Positions 25,066 to 36,900 of a stretch of 64,000 nt of DNA are shown in pieces. Below the pieces are notes generated by a model. It saw only the letters and a program-made list of their open reading frames with translations, was not told the DNA's origin and ran no database searches. The stretch is from Chrysomallon squamiferum (lineage: Eukaryota > Animalia > Mollusca), in the NCBI GenBank assembly GCA_012295275.1, contig CM022672.1, positions 15,376,001 to 15,440,000 of the forward strand, written 5' to 3'. Positions within the stretch are counted from its first letter, which is position 1; the number at the start of each line of letters is the position of its first letter. The position numbers and the translations under genes were made by a program.

Positions 25066-25454
25066 GCACACAGATTCATTAAATAAAATAAAGTAAGCAA
25101 ATAAATAAACAAATAAATAATACTAATACTAATACTGTTATTAATAAATATGTTTTATAATTATAAAAATAAAATAAAAAATAATATTCGACCAACTAAA
25201 TATATAAAATATCATAATTACAGATCATTTTTTTTATTTATTATTTATTTTATTTCTATTTTTTGGAATTGCTAGGCACTACATCTAAAGCATAATAACA
25301 ATAACAGTAATAATAATTATAACAACAATAATAAACAAATAAATACATAAAATATGTTTATAACAATCTGTTTCTTATTTTTAATTGTCAGGCACTAGAG
25401 TCTAAAGCTGGTCTTGGGAACATTCTGGTAATTCAAGCAGCACCGCTTCCTTAG
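7535..25454 (+). CDS. FBXO41: F-box only protein 41-like (C2H2 finger, coiled coil, long low-complexity insert, F-box, LRR-like C-terminus), ~2,100-2,200 aa, 15 coding exons
   Basis: Exons 7535-9027, 9515-10172, 10475-10551, 10840-12472, 12708-12738, 12964-14691, 15022-15215, 15782-15836, 19117-19177, 19648-19746, 20408-20557, 21013-21131, 21821-21979, 24676-24791, 25392-25454; all GT-AG and phase-compatible. Motifs match FBXO41 as recalled: PYRCPWCGSERTFLSLTELKSHLNKEHSY, FLDAASQKEAVAREELKTFISELIDRVEKAE, ALFSVFKHLDTWTLGQVSRVCREWKKVSRHPSLW, SQWCTQ, LTDKSLWLASCY, LQFLELDH, TPKA. Confidence 0.9.
9515..10172 (+). CDS. FBXO41: FBXO41-like exon: end of conserved coiled coil and 7/14-aa tandem repeats
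   Basis: acag acceptor, phase 2; CAG|gtatta donor. Confidence 0.85.
10475..10551 (+). CDS. FBXO41: FBXO41-like small exon
   Basis: gcag|DVRIGNIP...SP|gtattt; bridges phase 0 to phase 2. Confidence 0.7.
10840..12472 (+). CDS. FBXO41: FBXO41-like exon: large S/H/P-rich low-complexity region
   Basis: ttcag acceptor, 544 open codons, GTT|gtgagt donor. Confidence 0.85.
12708..12738 (+). CDS. FBXO41: FBXO41-like 31-nt microexon (KHQANDNIYF)
   Basis: gtttcag acceptor and G|gtgagt donor; converts phase 0 to phase 1 as needed by the next exon. Confidence 0.7.
12964..14691 (+). CDS. FBXO41: FBXO41-like exon: acidic/Ser-rich region interrupted by three 1-nt frameshifts (or split by an in-frame intron 13630-14001)
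   Basis: ORFs 13068-13661 and 14016+ share a frame; the gap is bridged by two open shifted frames; donor G|gtatgt at 14691. Confidence 0.75.
14757..15017. repeat. (TATT/TATC)n microsatellite filling an FBXO41 intron
   Basis: Tetranucleotide run. Confidence 0.95.
15022..15215 (+). CDS. FBXO41: FBXO41-like exon: F-box domain
   Basis: VALFSVFKHLDTWTLGQVSRVCREWKKVSRHPSLWKHIHL. Confidence 0.9.
15782..15836 (+). CDS. FBXO41: FBXO41-like exon
   Basis: ttcag|YLITISQWCTQTQSITLE|gttagc. Confidence 0.85.
18035..18300. repeat. Degenerate tandem repeat, ~68-bp unit, about 4 copies (intronic)
   Basis: Recurring ACTGTATGCCATCATAAG...AAAACTCATATAAATCATA...GACTATAGTAGTCTAGAAT. Confidence 0.75.
19117..19177 (+). 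CDS. FBXO41: FBXO41-like exon
   Basis: ttcag|LQGRKRHEDESDEEYRRKT|gtataa. Confidence 0.85.
19648..19746 (+). CDS. FBXO41: FBXO41-like exon
   Basis: GSLEPGMEELLKVCQNSLTSLYIIDCGNLLTD|gtaagt. Confidence 0.9.
20408..20557 (+). CDS. FBXO41: FBXO41-like exon
   Basis: SLWLASCYSRLLEKLKYVSSSDPVTAEVLWALVGGCPGVTSLFIPPQFP|gtaagt. Confidence 0.9.
21013..21131 (+). CDS. FBXO41: FBXO41-like exon
   Basis: EKPKVFNNKCLLLIGKFYRDLLQLGIGGKEIDINGILPV|gtgaga. Confidence 0.9.
21563..21811. repeat. (ATT)n/(ATTT)n microsatellite
   Basis: Trinucleotide run abutting the acceptor at 21820. Confidence 0.95.
21821..21979 (+). CDS. FBXO41: FBXO41-like exon
   Basis: QGCQRLQFLELDHMAELNDDDATALCRAGLSNLSVLELTGTLATPKAIQVIY|gtcagt. 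Confidence 0.9.
24676..24791 (+). CDS. FBXO41: FBXO41-like exon
   Basis: SCRHLKKIGIFLSFSDCYDDPKNKNHRKEYSKKILNLQ|gtaagt. Confidence 0.9.
24987..25061. repeat. (CT)n microsatellite
   Basis: Pure dinucleotide run. Confidence 0.95.
25392..25454 (+). CDS. FBXO41: FBXO41-like terminal coding exon
   Basis: gtcag|ALESKAGLGNILVIQAAPLP*; aligns with the recalled FBXO41 C-terminus. Confidence 0.85.
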   Translation, partial: ALESKAGLGNILVIQAAPLP

Positions 25455-26955
25455 AAAGAGATTTAGATGTTTCTGAAATGCTACCCCCACATACAGAAAT
25501 CATATCTTAAATGAAGTGACATTTTCTATGTACCATTTAAAGCTTCCAGTTTGCAGCTGATCAGTTAGTTAATTGGTTGAACAGAGTAGACCATGTTAGT
25601 TACTAGAATAGATCATATTGACTAGTTAAGTAAGCCAGATGATTGAATGGACTAAGTTGTCTAGATGAGCGGACAAGCTGAATATTTGACCACATTAGAT
25701 GATTAAATAGACAAAGTAGACCACATCAGTTACTAGAATAGATCATATCAACTTATTATCTGACTGTATAGATTAAACTGTATTTAAGATTAAAGGAATA
25801 AAATGGGAAAACTTGTTCAAAGTGTATTTTTATATTAATACTGTTGAAAAAGAATAAGAAAGAAATGTGGTTTCATGCAAGGAGTATTGTTTAATGAACA
25901 AACAGGTTTCCAGATACAGAATGGAGTCAGAAATCCTACATACATATCTCTCATCAATCCATTGAAAAGTTGTACATTTTGCAAACTTCCAAAAGTAGTT
26001 GTAGTCATAGTACTAGTAGTAGTAGTAGTGGTAGTAATAGTAGTAGCAGCAGTAGCAGAAATAGTTGTAGTAATAAATATAATAAAAACAAGAATGATAA
26101 AATAACAACAAAATGTTGATTATTATAATAACAATAACAAATGAATTTGATTTTAATAATAACAGTAATAATAATATGATGATGATGATGACGATGCTGA
26201 CAATCATAATAATAATAACCATCATGTCTATGTTTCTATAAGCCATTATTAAGAATATCTCTATGACAGCAGGGTGTGTGTGTGAACTTGCCCTTTAAAA
26301 CGCATCTGCAATTTGTTTGACTGGATGTAGAGAAAATTGTTATTAACTGATCATAATCCATTCAAAAATGACTTTGATCAAATTGTGGTTGTTCTCTGAG
26401 CAATGGCCATCACTGAGTCCTTGAACACACATTCCGAATGTTCTTGATTTCAACCACTGAACTTACACCAAGTCAGGCTGGCAGCTGAATATTTAATAAT
26501 CAGTGACTGCTTGGAATATTAAGGAGCACAAATTCAAAGAAGTCAGTGACAGTGACGGAAATAAGCCTTTGTATTTTTAATTGTATCATCAGATTTCCTT
26601 TTCTGACTGTTAGTTACAGTACTGCATTTTCTGTACTTGAATACTGATTAGACTTGATTTAAGCATCTGTCATAATGTCAGTAAAGACGAGAACCATTAG
26701 CATCATGAAATGGGGTTACTCCTGTCAGGTAGCAGTAATTAATACATTACTAGCGTACAAGTGAGTGTTTCACACACAGTAATAAAGCCAGTTATAGGTT
26801 GTTATTTATTTGATAAACCAGCAGTTTGTTTCATATCTTTGTTTTTACTTGTACAAAAGGGAAAATTTTAAAAAACAATTTCATATTTGGGATTTATATA
26901 AAAAAAAAAAAAAAATTGTGAAAATAGTTGGGCCATTTTTTATTTTTTTTTTATT

Positions 26956-26991
<36 letters not shown>

Positions 26992-27439
26992 AGATTGGTT
27001 GCCTTTATTATTTGTTTTCTTTTTCTTTTCATTTCTTGTTTTTTGTTGTTGTTTATGTTGTTCCCCATTTTGTGATATACAACAAATGCTTTACTCATTC
27101 ATGGGTTTTAAAATCGTTAGGAACATAATATTGCTTTATTTTAATCAATATTTAACAGAATGTCATTGTTAAAAAATTGTTTAAAAAGTTTACATAGCAA
27201 TCCTTCCAACAAAAAGTAACAGGAACAAATCCATGATTTCAAAAAAAAAATCATTTTGATTATAAATAAATTTAAAATAAATAAATAAAATGTAGTTGAG
27301 TGCAGCCAGATACTCTGACATTAGTTTATTAGATTGTTCACTGGTGTTTGCCATTGCAATCATCATCATCATGATACATGTAATAATAATAATAATGTTA
27401 ATAATAATTACTATAATTAAAAGTAAAAGTAAACTATTA

Positions 27440-29035
27440 TTTTTATCATCCTTGTTGTTAATATAAATATATTTTTACTGTTAAACAAATTTATTATATG
27501 AAATTACATTTGAATGTGTCGTATATTTATCTGGTATACCTTTTCTCACATTTAATAATATAGGATCGTTACATTTGAATATATAATGATATTCATCTCC
27601 CAGTTTTATTAAGATTACAGATATGAAATTTTCTGTTTTATTCTTAGAATATTAGACCATCATCCAGTTTCAATAGGATTTACATAAGATATTAGGATTC
27701 TTTTGAGACAGCAAATAAGATAGTTTTCTAATTTCAGTTCATTTTAAAAAATATTATAATTAATACCCTTTGGAGACATTTCAGTTTGATTTTTCCATAA
27801 TTGTTTGAAATTGATTATGTAATATTTTGGATATCATTTCATGTAACCATTTAACATTATCAAAGTTGTGGTATGTTGATATATATGTTAAACCACAATC
27901 ATCTAAAATATTTTTTACAAATTTGTTCCATCGAGAATCGATAACATGCATTAAATAATATAGTTGTGAGGAAATCTTGTTTTGGGTTTTGCAAATTAGG
28001 TTCCCCCAAAAGGTTATCATTCTTAGTTTTGTAGAAATACAAAGGTGATACTGTCCTAGTTCACCAAAGATCATAAAACCAGGGGTACATTTATTAACAT
28101 TTAGAAAATACTTACACAATTTCATATGGAGTTTTTCTATTAGTTGTACATTTGTAAAACCTCATATATCACAACCATACAATAAAACTGGCTGTATTAG
28201 TTTGTCAAATAAATCAAGTAGGGTAGGGTGGGGCAATTCTGGCCCCCGAGGTATATTATGATTTGCAGTCACTATACTACTCTGTCCAGAGTTCTGGAAC
28301 TTTGTTGATATAAACAGAACCTTCCTATCTCTCATTAGAACAAAGGATGTCGGTAATCAGCATTTTACATGTGGAGCATAGTGGCCATGATACAAGGTTG
28401 TAAAAAAAGTGCATTTTGAGGTTTCAAAAGTGATGGTATTTTTTTAGTTCTATAGACATGAGGATAGACATAACAGATAAACACATAATCAATTAAGTTC
28501 AGCAGAAGAAACTTGATAAATATGTGGTAATTAGGAAACAAATATGTGTTTTATTTTACTCAACCACTTGCGGCAATTCTGGACCCCCATATTTTGGTGG
28601 TGAAATCAATAGTTTTGGCATTGATATAGTCCACTCTGAGTTTTATTTAAGTTTCTTGAAACAAATGAAAGTCTGCGGTCCATCTGGTGAGGCACATTGT
28701 CAAACTTCAAATAAAATCAAGAAGATGAGGTATGCTGAGGCACTGACAGAAGAAGAAAGTGTCAAAAGGTATGAAGAAGAGTTGGCAGAGATGAAGAGGA
28801 AGGAGGAAAAAAGGGCAAAGAAAACAAAGGTGTTTGTGTATTTTGAAGCAGAAATAGATACAGTAAACATTATTCACTCCATTTTGTTGTTTCCTTTTGT
28901 CTGTGAAACTGTAGCTGAGGTTGAATGGAAAATGGGGCCAGAATTACCCCACCTTACCCTATACAGTCGATGGAGAGATTATTCTGACGACTTTCAGCTA
29001 TTAGGTTATACACAGCTTTCATTGCTTTCATTGTT
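27440..29035 (-). mobile_element. 5'-truncated, decayed non-LTR retrotransposon (LINE) ORF2 3' end, split by a nested DNA transposon
   Basis: Minus-strand translation KAVYNLIAESRQNNLSIDC/ILDLFDKLIQPVLLYGCDI*GF...KYFLNVNKCTPGFMIFGELG...PIETG*W...ICNLNKLGDEYHYIFKC is typical of LINE RT C-terminus plus a Cys/His knuckle; contains stops and frameshifts. Confidence 0.8.
28221..28959 (+). mobile_element. Non-autonomous TcMar-like (pogo/Fot1-type) DNA transposon with TA target-site duplication
   Basis: TIRs GGGTAGGGTGGGGCAATTCTGGCCCC and its reverse complement GGGGCCAGAATTACCCCACCTTACCC (2 mismatches); TA at 28219-20 and 28960-61; internal remnant RYAEALTEEESVKRYEEELAEMKRKEEK. Confidence 0.85.
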
Positions 29036-30055
29036 CTGTTATGACGTTGTTTTACGTTGTTTTCCTCAGTTACCAAACGATGTTTTATCAAACGGCGCCG
29101 AACGTATTTTCTTGTCACCGATGCATAATCCGAACTTTTTGTCCGGGAGAAGCCAAGGTTGACAAATCGGTGTCGGCCCGGAAAGTCGAGAAATCTGTTT
29201 TGTTTAGTACCTGGACGTAGACCTATCTAATTACTTTGTAAGTTCTGCGCTACAGTTACGAGACGCCTTTTTCGTTAACAAGATAAAAGTAGGGTTTCTA
29301 ACATGTAAGCAGTCTGTAATGGAAGTAAAATTGCACCAACTGGATGGCCACTGACGAGCTCTGTCACGAAAACGCAAAAATACAGCACCATCGACGCCAG
29401 AATGCGCTCAAAGAAAGAAGAGCTATTCAACAACCACATCACCAACATGGAGGACACAGGAGAACTTCTACATCTCAACTGATCACTGCGAGAATAAAAT
29501 ATGTTTTTGAACTACGAACTACAAATAAAAATATTGTTATAACTAAAATTTATTTTAAAATGAATTCTATTTATGTAATATTCTTTCTGTGGGAAAATAT
29601 ATGTAAAAGATCCCTTGCTGGGTTGGATTTTGGGGGGTGTTGGTAAGAGTAACTCATTCAGAGGGTTTCTTATTATTATCTCCGTGATCCTTAACCATAT
29701 GTGTGAGGCCAATATAGATAGTATCATATTTAAAAAAATATTTGTATACAAGACTACTTTTAACATAATCCAATCTTTTGTCTTCAGAAAATATAAAAAA
29801 GAAATTGTAATAAATATATTATTTAATTTGTAACTACATATATATAACAACCATATGTTTATATTTTTATTATCCTAATTCTTACATTTAATTTTTTATT
29901 TTTTTTTTTTTTTTCCCCTCTCTATTTCTATACAGCAGTAACCTATTAAACAACTCTTTCTGTTTTCTAACTGTATTCTTGTCTGTTTTGTGTTTATAGT
30001 CATGCTGACTTTGGCAAATAAATAAACTGAACTGAAACTGAATTGTAGTAATATA

Positions 30056-30090
<35 letters not shown>

Positions 30091-31047
30091 ATAGCTGCGG
30101 TACAGTATCATCTCGTTGTTACCTTTTGACTGCGTACACTGTCAACCAGGTAAAATGTCAACTAATGAGTACCGGGACATCGACAGGTCATTGCTGATAC
30201 ACATCAGCTTGTCCCGCTAAGTTGACACAGTGTATACAAGCTGTCGACTTCGCGGGCCATAACCAATAAAACATCCAAGGAAAGAAAAGAAAAAAAATCA
30301 CATTTTTTAGTGTTTTATCGCTGACCCAACATAATGGGTAGAGAAATCCAGGGAAGGATTTTTATATCGTCAGTGTGAAATGTGACAACTGAAATTTTAA
30401 AGCTACAATTTTAATTACACTTTCTGTTATTTTCACCAAAAGGACAGGTCGGAGTACCTAAGCTAGTATAATAAATATATTAAATAATTATATAATAAAT
30501 AATTATTTATTTATGTTGAAACTAATATAATTGTAACTAAACGAAAATATATTTTACATTTTCATGATACGTTATATGAATATATATATATATATATGTA
30601 TAATATTTCAAAAAAAAAAAATAATAATAAATTAATTAAATAAATTCATAAATTAATTAAACAAATAAATTAATAAATTTTGAGCTAACTGAAAAGATCT
30701 GTTACGAGTCATCGCTAATTCCGAACCTAGCTCGGAAGGTCCACAATTTGAACTTTACTGAATAAAAGTACGTGATTGTTAAGAGTTCGGTAATTTGATT
30801 CCACTGTGTGTACAATACAAATGGTTACAGTTTACACAGTTAATGATCCCGAACGAAGATCACAGTCTTTGTGAATATTGCATGACGCAGTCTGTTAGTA
30901 TCACGTAGTCACCTTTTTAAATATCGTTCAGAAATAAACAATATTATCTTAAAGAAAGAATCCACGTTTTACATTCAGCAGAGGAACTTTAACTTCTTTT
31001 TGTTTTTAATTCACACCGATATTTTGTTTTTAATTTTAGTTATTTAT

Positions 31048-31104
<57 letters not shown>

Positions 31105-31760
31105 GAAATGCTAATGTGTATTGAATGAAACACAATTGCTGCAAAACTATGATAATAAAGAAAATGCAAAAACATTTTTCTTCATCAATATTCTAAGAAT
31201 TCAGTATAACTTTTATACTTTCCTAGTGACAGCTGTCTAAAATACTGTTTTCTCTCTCTTTTTAAAAATAAAATAATATGATAAGAAATTATCCTAAAAA
31301 TAAGAAGGAAAAAAAAAACAAAAAAAAAAAAAAATGAAAAACTCAGGAACATTTAAAATTAATAACAAATTAACTACAAAAACAGTATGTTTCAAACTGT
31401 ATTATGTATGGAGTCACAGCATTTTACTATCATTCATTTGTATACGAGACATTCAGTTTGAAACATCAATACACCGTAAACTTCGCAAATGTAAGGCAAT
31501 AAGGCAGATCAGATGTCTTATCGTCAAAGGCAACAAAGAATTTCCATAAAAACGGATGTCATTTAGAAGGTATGAGAGGATGTTTTGTAACAACGAACCT
31601 GCACAATCTCCACAATCGAATATTTTCATCATCGTTTTTATGTATTTGCTTTTCTTTAAAATGTTCATCAGTTCAATGCGTAATAAATGAATATTATGAA
31701 ATTTTTTAATTCACTTACGGTTGAGATAGTGTCAAAATATCAAATAATATTACAAACTGC

Positions 31761-31764
<4 letters not shown>

Positions 31765-31817
<53 letters not shown>
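31765..31817. repeat. (GA)n microsatellite
   Basis: Pure dinucleotide run. Confidence 0.95.
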
Positions 31818-31819
<2 letters not shown>

Positions 31820-33524
31820 ATACAATAAAATTAACGATGATAAAAACTAATGAATTAACATTAAATAAATTGTGTTACTTAAAACTGAAATGTGTAAGGC
31901 AAATATTCATCACAGGCAACATGCTGTGGTCTCAGATAGTTATAACAACAAACAAACAAAAGAAAAGATTTGGCTGTCAGGTAAAAGAATGAATCACATC
32001 CGATGACTATTTCAGTAAGTCTACTGAGTGTTAGCTTCCTGGAGTTACTTTATTCTGAACCGGTCTGTGGTAATGGTGATACGTTGGTTCTTTGAACACG
32101 TGTGTTTATATTTCGTGTGTGTGTGTTTGTGAATATGTGTTTATCTTTTTTGCGTATGAGGACGTGTATGAGTGTGTCTTACTGATTCTACTCAAATTTA
32201 ATCTTTCTGTAATAATAATTCGCGGAGTATCGTTACGTAGCCATGGTTATTGGTAGTTGTATGTAACACGAATGTTAGCAGGACAAATCTGGCCTGTAGT
32301 GTGAAAACAGAATTGATTTTCATCTTGGATGCAGTATTAATTAGGACTGTTTATAATATCTTAATAGTTATAAATTTTCTGAATTATTATTCATGACTTG
32401 AAAAATAATAGTGACACAGACTGCAATAAATATTGTAATGAATTGAAAACACATTAACTGGCTTTATAAACAACTCAAGACACACTATTGCATAATACCT
32501 TTCAGATATAATTGAATTCATGTTTACGTATTTGGAACTAAACCTTTTTTGAATATGAGTATAATCATGTGTGACCCGTTTTCAGTTCACCCATTGATGG
32601 TCCTTTTTGATTCACGTAGCTACTGTCAGGATATTTAAAAAATATTTCTATACAAGATTATCTACTTTTAACATAATCAATCTTTTGTCTTCAGAAAATA
32701 TAAAAACTTTAAGGAATAGTATTATATTCTATTTATAAGAAATAAATATTTAATTAGTATAAATCCAATATGGCCGCCAAAATCAGCTCCTAAGTTTTCT
32801 CAGCGTTGATTAAATTCGATGGATGTACTGAAATATCAAACAAAGAATATAATTATATTATTAAAATTATAACTTTTATCAAAAATGACGTTTGTACTTT
32901 AAAAAAAAAAAATAAAAATAAAAAAAATAATATTGATGTCTCATATAATTTTTATTACTGTAATGTGGGAATAAATTATTATAATTTTTATTAATAATAT
33001 CATTTAAAAAAAATGTATAAATAAAGACACGTAAGTGAATTTCCCATAAAACTACCGAATTACAACAAAAAGACTAATAATGATGAAGATAATGATAATA
33101 CAAAAAATTAATGAAGACGAAAATGACAACGACAATAGCCAAAAAAAAAACTTCCCACCAGAGAGAACACATCCTCCACCATCACAACAACAGTAATAAT
33201 AATAATAACTTTCATTATTGATTCCATCCTGCGCTTACATGATTTGTGGGTTTAAATGATGGCTTCAAACTAATTTTGACATTTCTGGAATTCGCATCCA
33301 TAATTTCAATATGTGTATATCAAGTGGAAACCGCTGCAGGACAAAATGCTCGAAGACGTAAAACATGGCCAATTAGTGACAACTGCACTGGAGTCGTGGA
33401 AAATGTTAGTGATCTAAAGAACCTGGAATGTGGGTCGTAGACCACTGGCAATGATGAGCTTCGATATGAAGGGCAAAACAGAATACAGAGACCCTAGTTA
33501 CAATAAAGCAGTTAATGAATAAGT

Positions 33525-35149
33525 ATTAAATCTACTGAGAGGCAATAGTTCATTATTAAATTTACGGACAGGTAATAGATCACTGCACATTAAACCTATT
33601 GAGAGTAATAGTTCACTGTCCATTAAGTCTACTGTGCCTTCAATTTACTGAGAGGTAATAGTTCACTATCTATTAAATCTACTCAGAGGTAATAGTTCAC
33701 TATCTATTAAATCTACTCAGAGGTAATAGTTCACTCTCTATTAAATCTACTGAGAGCTAAGCGTTCACTGTGCATTAAATCTACTGAGAGGTAATAGTTC
33801 ACTGTCTATTAAATTTACGGAGAGGTAATAGTTCACTGTGCGTTAAATCTACTGAGAGGTAATAGTTCACGGTCTATTAAATCTACTGAGAGGTAAAAGT
33901 TCACTATTAAATTTACGGAGAGGTAATTGTACACTGCACATTAAACCTACTGAGAGTAATAGTTCACTGTGCATTAAATCTACTGAGAGGTAATAGTTCA
34001 CGGTCTATTAAATCTACTGAGAGGTAAAAGTTCACTATTAAATTTACGGAGAGGTAATAGTTCACTGCACATTAAACCTACTGAGAGTAATAGTTCACTG
34101 CACATTAAACCTACTGAGAGTAATAGTTCACTGTGCATTAAATCTACTGAGAGGTAATAGTTCACGGTCTATTAAATCTACTGAGAGGTAAAAGTTCACT
34201 ATTAAATTTACGGAGAGGTAATAGTTCACTGCACATTAAACCTACTGAGAGTAATAGTTCACTGCACATTAAACCTACTGAGAGTAATAGTTCACTGCAC
34301 ATTAAACCTACTGAGAGTAATAGTTCACTGCACATTAAACCTACTGAGAGTAATAGTTCACTGCACATTAAACCTACTGAGAGTAATAGTTCACTGCACA
34401 TTAAACCTACTGAGAGTAATAGTTCACTGTGCATTAAATCTACTCAGAGGTAATAGTTCACTGTGCATTAAATCTACTGAGGTAATAGTTCACTGTGCAT
34501 TAAATCTACTCAGAGGTAATAGTTCACTGTGCATTAAATCTACTGAGGTAATAGTTCACTGTGCATTAAATCTACTCAGAGGTAATAGTTCACTGTGCAT
34601 TAAATCTACTCAGAGGTAATAGTTCACTGTGCATTAAATCTACTCAGAGGTAATAGTTCACTGTACATTAAATCTACTGAGGTAATAGTTCACTGTGTAT
34701 TAAATCTACTGAGAGGTAATAGTTCACTGTGCATTAAATCTACTCAGAGGTAATAGTTCACTGTGCATTAAATCTACTGAGAGGTAATAGTTCACTGTGC
34801 ATTAAATCTACTCAGAGGTAAGAGTTCACTGTACATTAAATCTACTCAGAGGTAAGAGTTCACTGTGCATTAAATCTACTGAAAGGTAATAGTTCACTGT
34901 GCATTAAACCTACTGAGAGGTAATAGTTCACTGTGCTTAAAATCTACTGAGAAGTAATAGTTCACTGTACATTAAATCTACTGAAAGGTAATAGTTCACT
35001 GTACATTAAACCTACTGAGAGGTAATAGTTCACTGTGCTTTAAATCTACTCAGAGGTAATAGTTCACTGTACATTAAATCTACTGAGAGGTAATAGTTCA
35101 CTGTGCATTGAATCTACTGAGAGGTAATAGTTCACTGTGTATTAAATCT
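33525..35149. repeat. Minisatellite, ~34-bp unit ATTAAATCTACTGAGAGGTAATAGTTCACTGTGC (variants 30-34 bp), roughly 48 copies
   Basis: Direct head-to-tail tandem array with no unique spacers. Confidence 0.95.
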
Positions 35150-36539
35150 TTACGAAGTGTCACGATAGCACATCATGCTTGGCGAAACAATAATGAAATA
35201 ATTTTTCATTAAGACAGTTTACAATGCAGTTCTTGAAAGCGTTGCAGCCCTCCTATTGATTAAGTAGGAGAAGACGCGGCTTTGTTTCAGTATTATTTCA
35301 GTAATAGATTTTGATTAAATTCTCTGACTAACTAAAGGTAAAGACACATGTCGAAGAAGACCAGAATTACACGTATAACAATTTATAAACCATTCCTCTG
35401 GTGTACATGCAAAGACACATAATTATTAATAATTATAAATATTTTCTGGTATAAACTGAGATATAATTGTTATAATTACATACGTACATACATACATACA
35501 TACATACACACACGCACACACACACACATGCATGCAAATATGATCGTGTGTAAATTCTTTCTCTTTAAAAAAAATGTAGACAGCAATATGGATTTTGGCT
35601 AATATGAAGTAATAAAACTCGAAATATATTCAATTTAGATGTATATTGAGATGTATAAATTAAATATAATTTCATAGTTTTCTTCTGCAGTTTATTTTCT
35701 TGGTCCAGATGACCGGAAGATCCAGTTGCTATCGTAAGCTTGCCGTAGCAGATATTGATAAAATTACATATTACCGTTCCATCACTGAGATAATGAAATA
35801 TTAAATTAGACGTTTCCAAGAATTTAATCAAAAATTATAATTATGTTCTGAAATATTACTTGTCACTGAAACAAAATTACATTTCTATCCCTTCTGTTTA
35901 GGGAAGGACTACCATTCTCCTAAGAATGTTATTAAAAACTGACGTAATAATATTTACTGGGTTCCTTGTGGTTTTGCGCCCACTTACAACAACAGCAGAG
36001 AAGTAACGTCTAAATAAGAATAATGCACGACACTATCACGATGTTAGATACTAGCATGCTTTTAATTAAATAAATTAAAATTAAATAAATAAATAAATGA
36101 TGATGATGATAAGATAAATAATTAAAATAGTTATGATGATAAATATAATAATAATAACCAGAACCACAATAATAAAATAAAAATAAAATAAAATCTAAAA
36201 TAATTCTGTATCTACCTCTGTCTCTCTATATAATCGACTACGATGACAAATTAGTGTATTGTTTCAGTGTTCGTATTGCATATCAAGTTCACTTATCTTG
36301 AATCTCGAATAATGTAATCCCTAATATAAATAACTTTGAGTTACATTTGTTATTTTTTATTATTAGTAGTAGTAGCAGCAGCAGCAGTAGTATATTGTAG
36401 TAATTGTAGTAGTAGTAGTAGTAGTAGCAGTAGCAGTAGAAATAGTAGTAGTGTTAGCAGCAGCAGCAGCAGTATATAATAGTTTAAAATTAATAACGGC
36501 TTCAAATAAAAAGCCAAACGCATAGCAATTTATTCAGTC

Positions 36540-36900
36540 CTTTCAGCGATCAACTGCGGACCTACATTTTGATCCCCTGGAATCTTTAAGTGTTCCTGGT
36601 GCCCTTCGCAAGCAGCAACAAATATTTGGGCAACCAGTGTTCTCTTTTTCAATCGGCTTCTTCCAAAACAGATCACCATAAATGTTTCGAAAATTAAAAT
36701 CCTAGCATCTCAGATAAGGATTAAAATTTTGGACAGCTAACGTCGTTTTTAGGGCCCTTTGGATCAGGTGTTCTGAAGTTTGAGTTTCATTAGCTTCGTA
36801 ACAGATCCGAGCCTACCACGACTTTTTTGTAATTTGTACTACCCTAAATATCATGTTACATTAATTCATACAATTGTTAGCAAATCTAGGTTCAGTGGGC
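36540..36900 (-). mobile_element. Possible highly decayed LINE (CR1/L2-like) endonuclease fragment
   Basis: Minus strand contains DFNFRNI (cf. the APE motif GDFNxPxI) in non-repetitive sequence; frames are broken. Confidence 0.3.

Noticed and set aside
28524-29162. 212-aa ORF as a host gene
   Set aside because: Starts at GTG and is a chimera of DNA-transposon interior, its TIR and antisense LINE sequence
33246-33500. Short ORF resembling a secreted peptide precursor (hydrophobic stretch followed by RRRK)
   Set aside because: No ATG start or clear splice context; WKP...RRRKTW...DLK...QNR motifs look more like a decayed RTE-type LINE 3' end
33525-35149. ~34-bp repeat array as a CRISPR array, and ORF 34162-34434 as a repeat protein
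   Set aside because: Units are contiguous with no unique spacers, there are no cas genes and the context is eukaryotic; the ORF is a by-product of a 33-bp (3n) variant
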